Shown here piece after piece: positions 46,844 to 55,937 of a stretch of DNA of 64,000 bases. The position numbers and the translations under genes are program-made. Positions within the stretch are counted from its first letter, which is position 1. Each line of letters opens with the position of its first letter. Below the pieces are notes generated by a model. That model had not been told where the DNA came from, made no database searches, and was given only the letters and a program-made list of their open reading frames with translations. Origin of the DNA: Candidatus Fermentibacteraceae bacterium. GTDB taxonomy: Bacteria; Fermentibacterota; Fermentibacteria; Fermentibacterales; JCC-6. The stretch covers positions 96,001 to 160,000 of the forward strand of contig JBGSZS010000004.1 in NCBI GenBank assembly GCA_041750285.1. Reading direction: 5' to 3'.

Positions 46844-48180
46844 TTCGCCCCGTCACCCGTGTAGGCAGCAAGTTCCGCCCTGACATCGGGGTTGCCCGGC
46901 GCGATGGAAACCGCCCGTTCAAGCGTTGCCACGGCGTCGGCATGGCGGCCCGAGGCGGCCAGAGCCCTGCTGTATGCGATCATTGTCCTTACCGAGGGTG
47001 ACTCATCCGCCATGAACCTCTCGAGGAAGGAGATCGATTCCCCGGCTCTGCCGCCGGCAAGGAGAAGCACTCCAAGTCCCGAAACGGCCTGGTCGAGGTC
47101 GGGCTTCAGCTCGAGAGCCTTCCTGAATGAGGCCTCGGCCTCGCTCTCCTCTCCCCCGGCTGCCTGGACGTGGGCCAGGTTGCACCATACTTCCGCTCTT
47201 CCGGCGTCGAGGCCTATCGCCTCCTTCAGGTCGAGGGCGGCGGCCTCGTACTCACCGGTGTTGTAATGGTGTATCGCGCTGCGGTTCAACGAGCTGATGC
47301 CTTCCTCCATGGCCTTTCCCGCGAACCTTTCGGTGACTTCCTGCATCTCGGCGAGTATGGCTGCGTTCTTCCCGAGCCCTTCGGAAAGCTCCTTCTTCAC
47401 GGCTTCGATGGCCTTGCCCGTCTTCTCACCGGCCTTCGTCACGTCTGTCAGGACCTGTTCGGTATTCCTGAGGGTCTCCCCGGCCTTCTCGAGGTTCGCC
47501 GCGGTCTCGGCCCTCATGCTCTCCGCCTTTTCGGAAAGCGCATCCTGCATCGCGCGCACGGAATCGGGGATCGAACCGATGGCGTCGATTATGAAGCCCG
47601 AAGCCTCGGTCAAACCCCTGGCGCTGTTCAGTGCCGCTTCCTGAACGGATGAGTTGAGTTCGGCGAGAAGCCTTTCGAGCCTGTCCCCGAGTTCGGAAAG
47701 ACCGGGCGCCGGCGAGCCTTCCTCCGGTGAGCCTGATGACCCGCCGCCCTGTGACGCCAGGGCAGAGACGGCTTCTTCGAGCCTTTTGAACTGGGCTTCG
47801 AAGAAGCTCTCGCCGGGCTGCGCCGGGTACTCGGCCTTCGCCACCTGTTCACGTACCGAGTCGAGCTTCTCTCCCAGGCCTGCCGCAAGATTCCCGATGG
47901 AGGTGTCGAGCCTTGCGAGCCCCTCAGTTATCGGAGCCGGATCGAACGGTCCGGCGGAGGGTCCGGAACCCGGGGTGAGCCGGGACACGGCTTCCTCCAT
48001 CCTTCCGAACTGCGCTTCGAAGAACCCCTCTCCCGGCAGCCCGGCAGGCTTTGTCGCGGCGATCTCGCTCTTCACGGCATCAAGTTTTTCCGCAAGCACA
48101 TCCATCTTCCCGGACATCTGAAGCATGGCCTGCCCGAGCGCCACGAGAAGCTGCTCAACGGTCATCTGGTTATCCGCCAT
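46840..48180 (-). CDS. Coiled-coil plus C-terminal TPR protein
   Basis: N-terminal helical/coiled-coil region with a 73-aa internal repeat; TPRs (AEVWCNLAHV, FRKALELKPD, LERAVSIAPGN). Confidence 0.8.
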   Translation of the reverse strand: MADNQMTVEQLLVALGQAMLQMSGKMDVLAEKLDAVKSEIAATKPAGLPGEGFFEAQFGRMEEAVSRLTPGSGPSAGPFDPAPITEGLARLDTSIGNLAAGLGEKLDSVREQVAKAEYPAQPGESFFEAQFKRLEEAVSALASQGGGSSGSPEEGSPAPGLSELGDRLERLLAELNSSVQEAALNSARGLTEASGFIIDAIGSIPDSVRAMQDALSEKAESMRAETAANLEKAGETLRNTEQVLTDVTKAGEKTGKAIEAVKKELSEGLGKNAAILAEMQEVTERFAGKAMEEGISSLNRSAIHHYNTGEYEAAALDLKEAIGLDAGRAEVWCNLAHVQAAGGEESEAEASFRKALELKPDLDQAVSGLGVLLLAGGRAGESISFLERFMADESPSVRTMIAYSRALAASGRHADAVATLERAVSIAPGNPDVRAELAAYTGDGAN

Positions 48181-51100
48181 TGGTCATCCCCCGTCCCCTG
48201 TTCCATTTGTCCATGTCAAGATCGCTTATCGCATGGCTCCGGCCGTGATCCACGCTCCGCGCGGCAAAAAGGCCGGGATGCCTTTCCTGCATCAGTCTCT
48301 CGAGTGCGGCCTTCTCCATTGGCAGCCCCATCTGGGAAAAGGCCCAGTGCAGCCTTTCCAGGTGGACCGGATCGCCGGTGCTCCTGTAACGTGCAAGCCA
48401 GCCTGCGCAGGCCGCCTCCCTCCTGCCCGAAGCCCATAGCTTGTCCTCATCGCACGGTGCGGATCGGGCTGCCAGGGCCACGGAATCCCTGAGCTGTGAC
48501 AGAAGCGCGTCGTCGCCCCGGGCCGCCTCGAAGGCCTCCCCGGTTCTCCCGGCTGCCACGAGAAGCCTTATCATGCCGGCAGTCACCCTGGCGTCCTTCA
48601 TCGAAAGCGCCCTGTCCACGAGAAGTGCGGATTTTTCCGAAAGTTCGCTGTCACCGGAATCGGCGAGTCTCATGGCGAACTCCATCACGGTCTCGCCGTC
48701 GAGCCCTGAACGGGCGAGTGCGGCCGCTGCGGCACCTGCCTCATCGGGCTTCAGCACGGCACCGGGGGGAAGGAACTCGGCAAGCCCCTTCGCCACCAAG
48801 CCGTCGGATGCCACCGAGGTCCAGAAGTCGAGCCTCAGGGAATCATCGGAACGGGCGTCGTCGAAAAGCTCCTCATCGATCCCGGGGTACCCCTTGCCCG
48901 CAAGGACGACCCTGATCGCGTGGGCCTGGGCCGTAAGACCCGACCCGGCGCAGGTCTGCATGAGCGTGTGGAGAGGCTGGTACAACCCCTCGGTGGTCCA
49001 CTGTTCGATGCATTGCTCGACGGATTCGACCGGGGGGTCGATGTCAGGGGGAGCTGCGGCTTCATGGAAGAGCTGCGAATCCGCCGAGACGATCCCGAGC
49101 AGGGCCCTGACCCGCGGATCCGCAAGTTCCAGGACCGCCGCCTGTTCGAAAAGGCCGGGATCGATCCGGAGGGCGTCGCATACCGCGGCGGAAACATCCT
49201 GCCCCGTGGAGTGCCTCACGGCTGTGGATGCCCCGAAAAGAAGGAGTTCGGCGTCGCGCTTCTCGCTTCCGTATCGGATGGCTGCGGAGGACAGCTCGCC
49301 CGCTGGAGAGGAGTCTCTCTCCAGGGCTGTCGAGGCGGCGCTGCGGAAACCCTTCGCATCCTTGAAAAGAAGCCTGGAAAGGGCAAGGAGCTTCCAGAGT
49401 TCCCATGACTCGACATGGGCGGGGGCTTTCTCCTCAAGAAAGGCCTTCACCTCGGGGGAATCGATGCATTTTGAAAGAACGCCCGCTGCGCCCGAGAGGT
49501 CTCCGGTGTTGACAAGGGAATTGGCGAGGGCAAGGGTCGTCAGCCCCGATGTCTCCTCGCCGGCCATGGACTCGAGGACCTTCCTGGCAAGGGAAGCCGT
49601 TCCGGTGTCGGCGGCCGCGGCGGAAAGAAGACCGACCGCCTGGGTTCGGTTCCCGGTGGCGGTCGCGCGGCAGCCCGCGGCTAGTGATGCCACGGGTCCC
49701 TCGGGAATGTCAATGTGTTCGACCGAAACCGCCGCGGTTCCGAAATGACCCTCCTCGATGAAGTACTCGAGCCTGAAGAAGGCCGTGGAAAGAGGGTCGC
49801 CGGTGTCAACCCTGGTGGCCAGGGAATCCATCCAGTCCGCCCTTGTTCCGGGCTCGGCAAGCAGAGGCAGCAGTTTTGCGACCACGCTTCCCTGGCCGTT
49901 CTCGTTAAGTGCGGGCAGGAAGTTCTCAGCCGATGTCCTGTGGAGAAGGCTGAGCCGCATGTCCGACACCAGGTCGGCAACCCTGGCTGCAAGGGAGGGT
50001 TCCCTCACGGCCTCGGCCATGGCAGGGGAAGCGGTTGCCGCGTCTTCGAGGGCGACCGCAGCCGTGGCCTGCACGAGGTGTCCGGCCGGGGTCGAGGGTG
50101 TGAACCCGCTTTCCAGTATTTCCCGTGCGCTGCCCCGGGCAAGCCCGTTGTCGACGATCTCGAGCAGTCCGGCGTCGCTGACCTTCTCGCCCGAAAGCAG
50201 CAGGGCCAGCCAGTCCGACGCCGATTCCCGTGAATCGCCTATCCCTCCCGAGATCGAGGCCCTGAAGCGCCTCAGTCTGGGAAACTTCCCCATTAGATGG
50301 GAAAGCCGGGAGAGGATCACAGTCATGTCCGACCGGGACTTGAGGTCCTTTCTCGTTGCGAGGTGCTGCAGTGCGGCGCCGGCCTCGCCCTCCCTGCCCC
50401 CAAGGAGTCTGTGGACCGCGAGCAGGATGAGTACGGACGCGTTGCTTTTGTCCTTCTGGAGAAGCTTCTGTATCTGGTTGAACACCCAGTCCGGGTCCTG
50501 TTCGATCAGGTAGAGAATGATCTGAACGGCGTCCTCGACCGATCCCTTTTCCACCAGGAATTCGCCCAGCTTGCGCGAGACCCTGCCGTCCTTGTCCATC
50601 CCCTTCTCGATAACGCTTCGGCAGACTTCCGTCACAGGGGTCTGGTCGAGGTCGGCACACTCGAAGACCTTCGCCAGGGACTCCATGCCCTGGGTCGTCT
50701 CGCCTCTCGAAATCCTGAGCCTGGCCTGGAGCAGGTGCGCCCTGGCGCTTCCCGGGGCGCCCATGACCACCCCTGCCACGGCCTGTTCGAGCGAGTTGTG
50801 ATCCACTTCCCGATCGAGCAGCGCCTCGAGAACGTTGCACGAGTCGTTCGTCCTGCCTGCGGCCGACATTAGCCTGGCCAGTGCGATCGAAGCCTTGCCC
50901 GTGCCGTCGGTGGGAACCAGGCTCTTCTCGGTTATGGCTATGGCCTTCTCTATTATCTCCCGGTCGGCCATAAGCAGGGTGGAAAGCTCTGAAAGCGCCC
51001 TTTCGGTGTCGGAAAGGGCCACGAGGATCCTGATCCGCCCGAGGTTCACGTCCATGTCGGTGCCCCCGGTGCGGTTTGCTATCCAGCCGCTCAGCCTGGC

Positions 51101-51661
51101 AAGGCTCTCGTCGGGGAACGACGACCTCTCCGCCGCGTTGACAAGGACGTCAACCGCCTCGGACGGCCTTCCCTTCCTGTGAAGAACAACGGCCATGGCA
51201 ATGCATGGTTCGATGTTCTTCAGCTCTTCTCCGGGAAACCTGGCCTGGGCCTGATAGGCGCTTTCGATCGAATCGGTGAACCTTGATTCCGTCAGGCGGT
51301 CTACAGTGGAGAGCAGCTCGAGCATCCCGTTGTAGTCCTTGCTTCGGAGCCTGAGCCTCCAAAGGACCTTGAGGAGTTCCGTTGAGCGGGAGAACTGGGA
51401 TAGCTTCTCCTCGAGCATCTTGACAACGCCGGGCCGGAGATCGGAGTGGGCCTTGATGATCCGCTCGGAGAGCCTGGCGGCCAGGTCGGGATGGCCTATG
51501 TCCATCAGGAAGGGAACGACCTGCCGGGCCGATTCCTTCTCTTCAAGAATGCCTTCTATCTCCTCCTCAATGAGGACTGCCGCCTGGTCGACCATATCGT
51601 CGGCAGCCATGTCCCGGGCTTTCTTCAGTATCCTCTGCGATTTGGATTTGAACAGCGCCAT
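48170..51661 (-). CDS. Very large all-helical (TPR-like) hypothetical protein
   Basis: 1163 aa, Ala/Leu-rich helical repeats, no signal peptide; overlaps the next gene. Confidence 0.75.
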   Translation of the reverse strand: MALFKSKSQRILKKARDMAADDMVDQAAVLIEEEIEGILEEKESARQVVPFLMDIGHPDLAARLSERIIKAHSDLRPGVVKMLEEKLSQFSRSTELLKVLWRLRLRSKDYNGMLELLSTVDRLTESRFTDSIESAYQAQARFPGEELKNIEPCIAMAVVLHRKGRPSEAVDVLVNAAERSSFPDESLARLSGWIANRTGGTDMDVNLGRIRILVALSDTERALSELSTLLMADREIIEKAIAITEKSLVPTDGTGKASIALARLMSAAGRTNDSCNVLEALLDREVDHNSLEQAVAGVVMGAPGSARAHLLQARLRISRGETTQGMESLAKVFECADLDQTPVTEVCRSVIEKGMDKDGRVSRKLGEFLVEKGSVEDAVQIILYLIEQDPDWVFNQIQKLLQKDKSNASVLILLAVHRLLGGREGEAGAALQHLATRKDLKSRSDMTVILSRLSHLMGKFPRLRRFRASISGGIGDSRESASDWLALLLSGEKVSDAGLLEIVDNGLARGSAREILESGFTPSTPAGHLVQATAAVALEDAATASPAMAEAVREPSLAARVADLVSDMRLSLLHRTSAENFLPALNENGQGSVVAKLLPLLAEPGTRADWMDSLATRVDTGDPLSTAFFRLEYFIEEGHFGTAAVSVEHIDIPEGPVASLAAGCRATATGNRTQAVGLLSAAAADTGTASLARKVLESMAGEETSGLTTLALANSLVNTGDLSGAAGVLSKCIDSPEVKAFLEEKAPAHVESWELWKLLALSRLLFKDAKGFRSAASTALERDSSPAGELSSAAIRYGSEKRDAELLLFGASTAVRHSTGQDVSAAVCDALRIDPGLFEQAAVLELADPRVRALLGIVSADSQLFHEAAAPPDIDPPVESVEQCIEQWTTEGLYQPLHTLMQTCAGSGLTAQAHAIRVVLAGKGYPGIDEELFDDARSDDSLRLDFWTSVASDGLVAKGLAEFLPPGAVLKPDEAGAAAAALARSGLDGETVMEFAMRLADSGDSELSEKSALLVDRALSMKDARVTAGMIRLLVAAGRTGEAFEAARGDDALLSQLRDSVALAARSAPCDEDKLWASGRREAACAGWLARYRSTGDPVHLERLHWAFSQMGLPMEKAALERLMQERHPGLFAARSVDHGRSHAISDLDMDKWNRGRGMTNGG

Positions 51662-51667
51662 GATCCC

Positions 51668-53035
51668 CTACTCCGGTCTTATTATGAGAACCTCGCCTAT
51701 GCTCAGTGATGAACCAGTTTTATCGTTGAGACTCTGAATCTGCTCGACCGGGACACCGTACCTTCTCGAAAGGTCCCACATGGTGTCTCCCGGCACAACG
51801 GTGTGGGTGATGCGGCCGCCTCCCGTTACGGTTTCGGGGGAAGGCGCGGAACCCGCGGACGGTGTTCCCCTGAGCATCAGGACCTGCCCGGGAAAAATCG
51901 TTGCACCAGCGGAGATGTCGTTCCACTGGGCAACCTCCCTGGACGAGACTCCCACCTGGGCGCCAATCCCGCCAAGGGTGTCGCCGCTTCTAACGGTGTA
52001 CCGGTAGAAGCCCGATGCTTCGGCCGCCCTTGTGTTGACGGGAGTGCGTTCGCTCTCGGGAAGGCTCACATAGGTTCCTGGAACGGGTTCAACCGTTCCG
52101 TTGGCCTGTGAAAGGTCCTGAAGCTCAACCCCCGTGGCGGTTGCGATGTGGTCCCAGTCGTCGCCCTCCCTTACCAGATAGCGTGACGGCTCGATGGCCC
52201 AGGCGGTCCGGAATGCTTCGGCGGCCTTGTCAGTGGGAACCACCACCTCCCAGCCCTCGCGCCTTCCGGGGACCGTCTCGGCGAGGTAGCCCCTGTTGAG
52301 GCCTGACAGGACGTCAGGGTCGATGCCGGTTTCGGCCGCAAGGACGCGCAGGTCGAGACCCGGGGGCACGATGACGACGGAAAGCCCTCCCCCGGTTTCC
52401 CCGAGCTGCCTGTAGGCTTCAAGGGCGCTTGCGAACCTGGGTACGAACGTCGAGGTCTCACGGGGGAGCCCGAGTTCGGAAAGGGTTCCCTGGCCGCCGG
52501 AAAGCGCCCGCTGCATGGTGCCCTCGCCGCAGTTGTAGGCGGCAATGGCGAGCTGCCAGTCCCCGAACATCCCGTGCAGGTAGTCGAGGTATCTGGAAGC
52601 GGCTCGGGTGGAAGCCACCCACGAGTACCTTTCGTCGACGCGGTCGGCCATGTGCAGATCGCACGAACGGGCGGTGCCTCCCATGAACTGCCACGGACCC
52701 GCGGCGCCCGCCGTTGAGTAGCTCCCTATCGAATAACTGGATTCAACCCATATCAGCGCCGTGAGCTCGACGGGAACGCCCTCGCTTCTGAGAACCCGCT
52801 CCAGCAGACCCCTGAGGTCCGCGTCGGCCTGGCAGTTCGCGGGGTTGTACCGGACATCGCTGGTTTCAGCGAGACCCGGGGGGATCCGTATCGGAGAGGG
52901 GTGACCGCCGCTGGTGCGGGCAATGAGGGGGATCACGGGGGTCTGTTGCATCAGCGAACGGGGTGAGCCGCCCTGCCCGTTCCTCAGCGGGGGTTGAGCC
53001 GTTCTGATGCCGGAGCATCCCGCGTTCATTATCAT
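51668..53035 (-). CDS. MltD-like lytic transglycosylase with LysM repeats (start uncertain)
   Basis: WVESSY, AAGPWQFM..TA, DER, LAIAAYNCGEG, LPRET..FVP; LysMs YLVREGD, YTVRSGDTL, HTVVPGDTM. Confidence 0.88.
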   Translation of the reverse strand: MIMNAGCSGIRTAQPPLRNGQGGSPRSLMQQTPVIPLIARTSGGHPSPIRIPPGLAETSDVRYNPANCQADADLRGLLERVLRSEGVPVELTALIWVESSYSIGSYSTAGAAGPWQFMGGTARSCDLHMADRVDERYSWVASTRAASRYLDYLHGMFGDWQLAIAAYNCGEGTMQRALSGGQGTLSELGLPRETSTFVPRFASALEAYRQLGETGGGLSVVIVPPGLDLRVLAAETGIDPDVLSGLNRGYLAETVPGRREGWEVVVPTDKAAEAFRTAWAIEPSRYLVREGDDWDHIATATGVELQDLSQANGTVEPVPGTYVSLPESERTPVNTRAAEASGFYRYTVRSGDTLGGIGAQVGVSSREVAQWNDISAGATIFPGQVLMLRGTPSAGSAPSPETVTGGGRITHTVVPGDTMWDLSRRYGVPVEQIQSLNDKTGSSLSIGEVLIIRPE

Positions 53036-53083
53036 TGCAGCTGCGAGAGGGAAGGCCAGAACTGCAGGAGGGAGGACAAACCG

Positions 53084-54037
53084 GTGCTTACGGTGGGAGT
53101 GGTCGGCGCCACCGGCCTTGTCGGGTCGAAAATGATCGAAATCCTTCAGGAGCGTTCCCTTCCCGTTAAAAGGCTTCTCGCCTTTGCCTCGCGTGGCGGT
53201 CCCGACAGAACGGTCTCCTTTCACGGCGAATCCATACCCGTTGAAATAATAAACCCCGGGGCTCTGGAAAAGGGCACCGTGCTCTTCGGAGCCACCAACT
53301 CGGGGGTGGCAGTGCAATGGGTTCCCCCGTGCCTTCTCAGGAAAGTGGTTATCATAGACAACTCTTCGGCTTTCCGCATGTCTCCCGGGGTGCCCCTCGT
53401 CGTGCCCGAGGTCAACCCCCACGCGATACCGGACGACCCGGGGCTGATCGCAAACCCCAACTGCTCGACCATTCAGCTCGTCATGGCCCTTGCTCCGCTC
53501 GCCCGCCTCTCACCTATCGAATGGGTCTCGGTGTCGACCTACCAGTCCGTTTCCGGCGCCGGCGCCAGGGGCGTGGCCGCCCTGGAGGCCGGTGAAGGGC
53601 TGCCACCGGCGGTCGACCGGTTTCACAGGAACGTTGTCTGCGAGATAGGCGACACCGGGGAATCGGGCTACACGACCGAAGAGACGAAGCTCGTGAGGGA
53701 AACGGTGAAGATCATGGAGATGGACTTCCCCGTCTTCCCGGCCGCCGCCAGGGTTCCCGTCGGCGTCGGCCATACCGAGAGCGTGACGGTGCGCTTCCGT
53801 AAAGGGGTTTCAAGCGGCGAAGCCGAGCATGCCCTTCGCGGGTCGGGAGGGATACGGGTTGCACACGCCGGTGTTCAGCCCGTGGCAGTCGAGGGTACCG
53901 ATCCCGTCTGGGTGGGAAGGATCAGAAACCACCCGTCGGATCCAAGGGTCCTCCAGTTCTGGGTGACGGCCGACAACGTCCGGAAGGGCGCTGCCCTCAA
54001 CGCCGTCCAGATCCTCGAGGTTCTGCTGAAAAGGTAG
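53084..54037 (+). CDS. asd: Aspartate-semialdehyde dehydrogenase
   Basis: GGAGG RBS then GTG; VGVVGATGLVG, IDNSSAFRM, VVPEVN, ANPNCSTIQ, TYQSVSGAG, RVPV..GH, DNVRKGAALNAVQI. Confidence 0.95.
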   Translation: MLTVGVVGATGLVGSKMIEILQERSLPVKRLLAFASRGGPDRTVSFHGESIPVEIINPGALEKGTVLFGATNSGVAVQWVPPCLLRKVVIIDNSSAFRMSPGVPLVVPEVNPHAIPDDPGLIANPNCSTIQLVMALAPLARLSPIEWVSVSTYQSVSGAGARGVAALEAGEGLPPAVDRFHRNVVCEIGDTGESGYTTEETKLVRETVKIMEMDFPVFPAAARVPVGVGHTESVTVRFRKGVSSGEAEHALRGSGGIRVAHAGVQPVAVEGTDPVWVGRIRNHPSDPRVLQFWVTADNVRKGAALNAVQILEVLLKR

Positions 54038-54060
54038 GGGGCGGCCCGCAGGCCGCCCCC
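54037..54060. terminator. Hairpin between convergent genes
   Basis: Perfect 10-bp stem gggggcggcc-cgca-ggccgccccc. Confidence 0.75.
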
Positions 54061-54080
54061 GGCAAAAATCCTGCCTTAGC

Positions 54081-54782
54081 CTACAGGTCCAGTTCGTCGT
54101 CGTCGATGAGGTCGAAGTCGTCGGCGAAATCGTCGTCTTCGGCACCCAGGGCGGCCCCGCACTCTTCACAGAAGGGGTTCTGCGCGGGGTTGGGATGACC
54201 GCAGGAAGGGCACTTGATGCCATCGGAGGCTGCGGGTTCCTCAAGTTCTTCCTCGTCCTCGAGGTCCAGCTCGTCAATGGAGTCGGTGGGCTCTTCGGCA
54301 GCGGTTCTGAATGCGGCCCCGGCGGCGGCGGCTGCGCGGCCGGCAGTGGCATCGTCCACATCACGAAGGACCTTGCGGAGTTCGCCGAGTTCGGAGCGGA
54401 GAAGGTCGAGTTCGTTTGCGGTCTTGTTGCGTTCGTTCTTTACAGTGTCCAGTTTTTTCTGGAAATCGGGATCGTTCTCGTCGTGCTCACGAAGCCTGGC
54501 ACGAATCTGAAGCTCGTCGACCGCATCGGATTGTTCCTGGTGGTTCTTCTCGAGCTTGTCGATCTTGGAGGAAAGGTCGTCGACCTTGGATACAAGGGCG
54601 CCCTTCTCCTCTCCTATGCTTCCCAGAACGGTATCGAGCTGGGCTTCATAGTCCTTCTTGATACGCACATAGACACGGCTGTTAGTTTCGTCCTTCAGCG
54701 AGTCGAGGTTGGAAAGACGATCCACCAACTCCAGTCGCTGATCGAGCAGCTTCTGGATTCTTGCTTCAAGCACTTCGGCCAT
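54081..54782 (-). CDS. Coiled-coil protein with C-terminal zinc ribbon and acidic tail
   Basis: Heptad-rich N-terminus; CPSCGHPN.....FCEECG; D/E-rich ends. Confidence 0.8.
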   Translation of the reverse strand: MAEVLEARIQKLLDQRLELVDRLSNLDSLKDETNSRVYVRIKKDYEAQLDTVLGSIGEEKGALVSKVDDLSSKIDKLEKNHQEQSDAVDELQIRARLREHDENDPDFQKKLDTVKNERNKTANELDLLRSELGELRKVLRDVDDATAGRAAAAAGAAFRTAAEEPTDSIDELDLEDEEELEEPAASDGIKCPSCGHPNPAQNPFCEECGAALGAEDDDFADDFDLIDDDELDL

Positions 54783-54853
54783 TTCCCCTCCTTATAGAGA
54801 GCACGAACAAACGGGCGGACAAAAGCAAAACCGCAATGAAAGATAATTGTCTG

Positions 54854-55852
54854 TCATTCCCGGGGCAATGTCAAGGCGACAACAACGGGAGTCATGGCCG
54901 CCATCGAGTCCCACCCCCTCTTCAATCTGAAATCCGCTTCCGAGAAGGCTTCGGCGATTGGCGCGTACCGTCTCCCCCTCCAGCGGGACGCCGCCTCGAG
55001 CACCCACCCGGACCTGTACTGACTGATGCCCAGTGCCGAGATCGTGGCCGGTTCGGACCTGCCACCCGAAAGCATCGATGCCGCAGTGGCTGCCAGGGCC
55101 CACTGCGAATGGATCAGGGCGAGAAGCCGTATGGGCTCCTCCCCCGAAGCCAGAAGGAGCGAGAGCTTCTCCAGTGCCTTGCGGCTGTTCCCCGCAACCG
55201 CCTCCTGCGACATGTCCAGCGCGCTGCACTCGGGGAGAACGCCCGACAGGGCGACGATCATGGCATGGTCGACCACCGTTTTCGACCCGTACCTGATCGA
55301 GGCTCTTTCAAGGATGCTCCAGAGGTTCAGAAGCCTTCCGTAGGAGAGCGCTTCAGCGGTCTCGGAAGCCTGCCGGTCAAGCTTGAGCCCCAGCTCACCC
55401 GAAAGCCTTCTGGTCCAGGGCCACATCCTGCCCGCAAACGGTTCCCAGCAGGCGAAGGAAACTGCCGCCGCCGCCCCGAGCTTCTTCAGGAAGACGGTGT
55501 TGAGGCTCGTTCTCTCCGTGAGGAAAAGGAAGAGGTGGTTCGAGCCGGGTGCGGACACTGCCTCGAGGGCTTCGGGCTGAGCCTTTGCCGGGATCGCATC
55601 GGTGTTTCGCACCAGAATGAACCTGCCGCTGCTGAAAAGCGAGCCTTCACTGGCAAGTCTGCGGATGTCTCCGGGCTGGACCTCGTCGCCGGGAATCCTG
55701 GCGGTTTCGAGGCCCAGCGCCCGTGCCCTGGCCTCCAGTACAGTCTCGAGCCTCAGTGCCTGAAAGGGCTCCTCGCCCAAAACGAGGAACACACACCCGG
55801 GGCCGGCTCCCCCTGCCAGTTCAACAGCCTTGTCGAAATCCTTCACGAGCAT
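54854..55852 (-). CDS. holA: DNA polymerase III delta subunit
   Basis: FLVLGEEPF, SLFSSGRFILVR, LL.SGEEPIRLLALI, EAD.RLKRG. Confidence 0.8.
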   Translation of the reverse strand: MLVKDFDKAVELAGGAGPGCVFLVLGEEPFQALRLETVLEARARALGLETARIPGDEVQPGDIRRLASEGSLFSSGRFILVRNTDAIPAKAQPEALEAVSAPGSNHLFLFLTERTSLNTVFLKKLGAAAAVSFACWEPFAGRMWPWTRRLSGELGLKLDRQASETAEALSYGRLLNLWSILERASIRYGSKTVVDHAMIVALSGVLPECSALDMSQEAVAGNSRKALEKLSLLLASGEEPIRLLALIHSQWALAATAASMLSGGRSEPATISALGISQYRSGWVLEAASRWRGRRYAPIAEAFSEADFRLKRGWDSMAAMTPVVVALTLPRE

Positions 55853-55937
55853 GGCAAATCCTTCGGGGCTTTACGGAAGACGGGTTTCAGGTGTATTTTC
55901 CCGGCCAGTCACGCACACACATCGAAGGGTTGATAAC

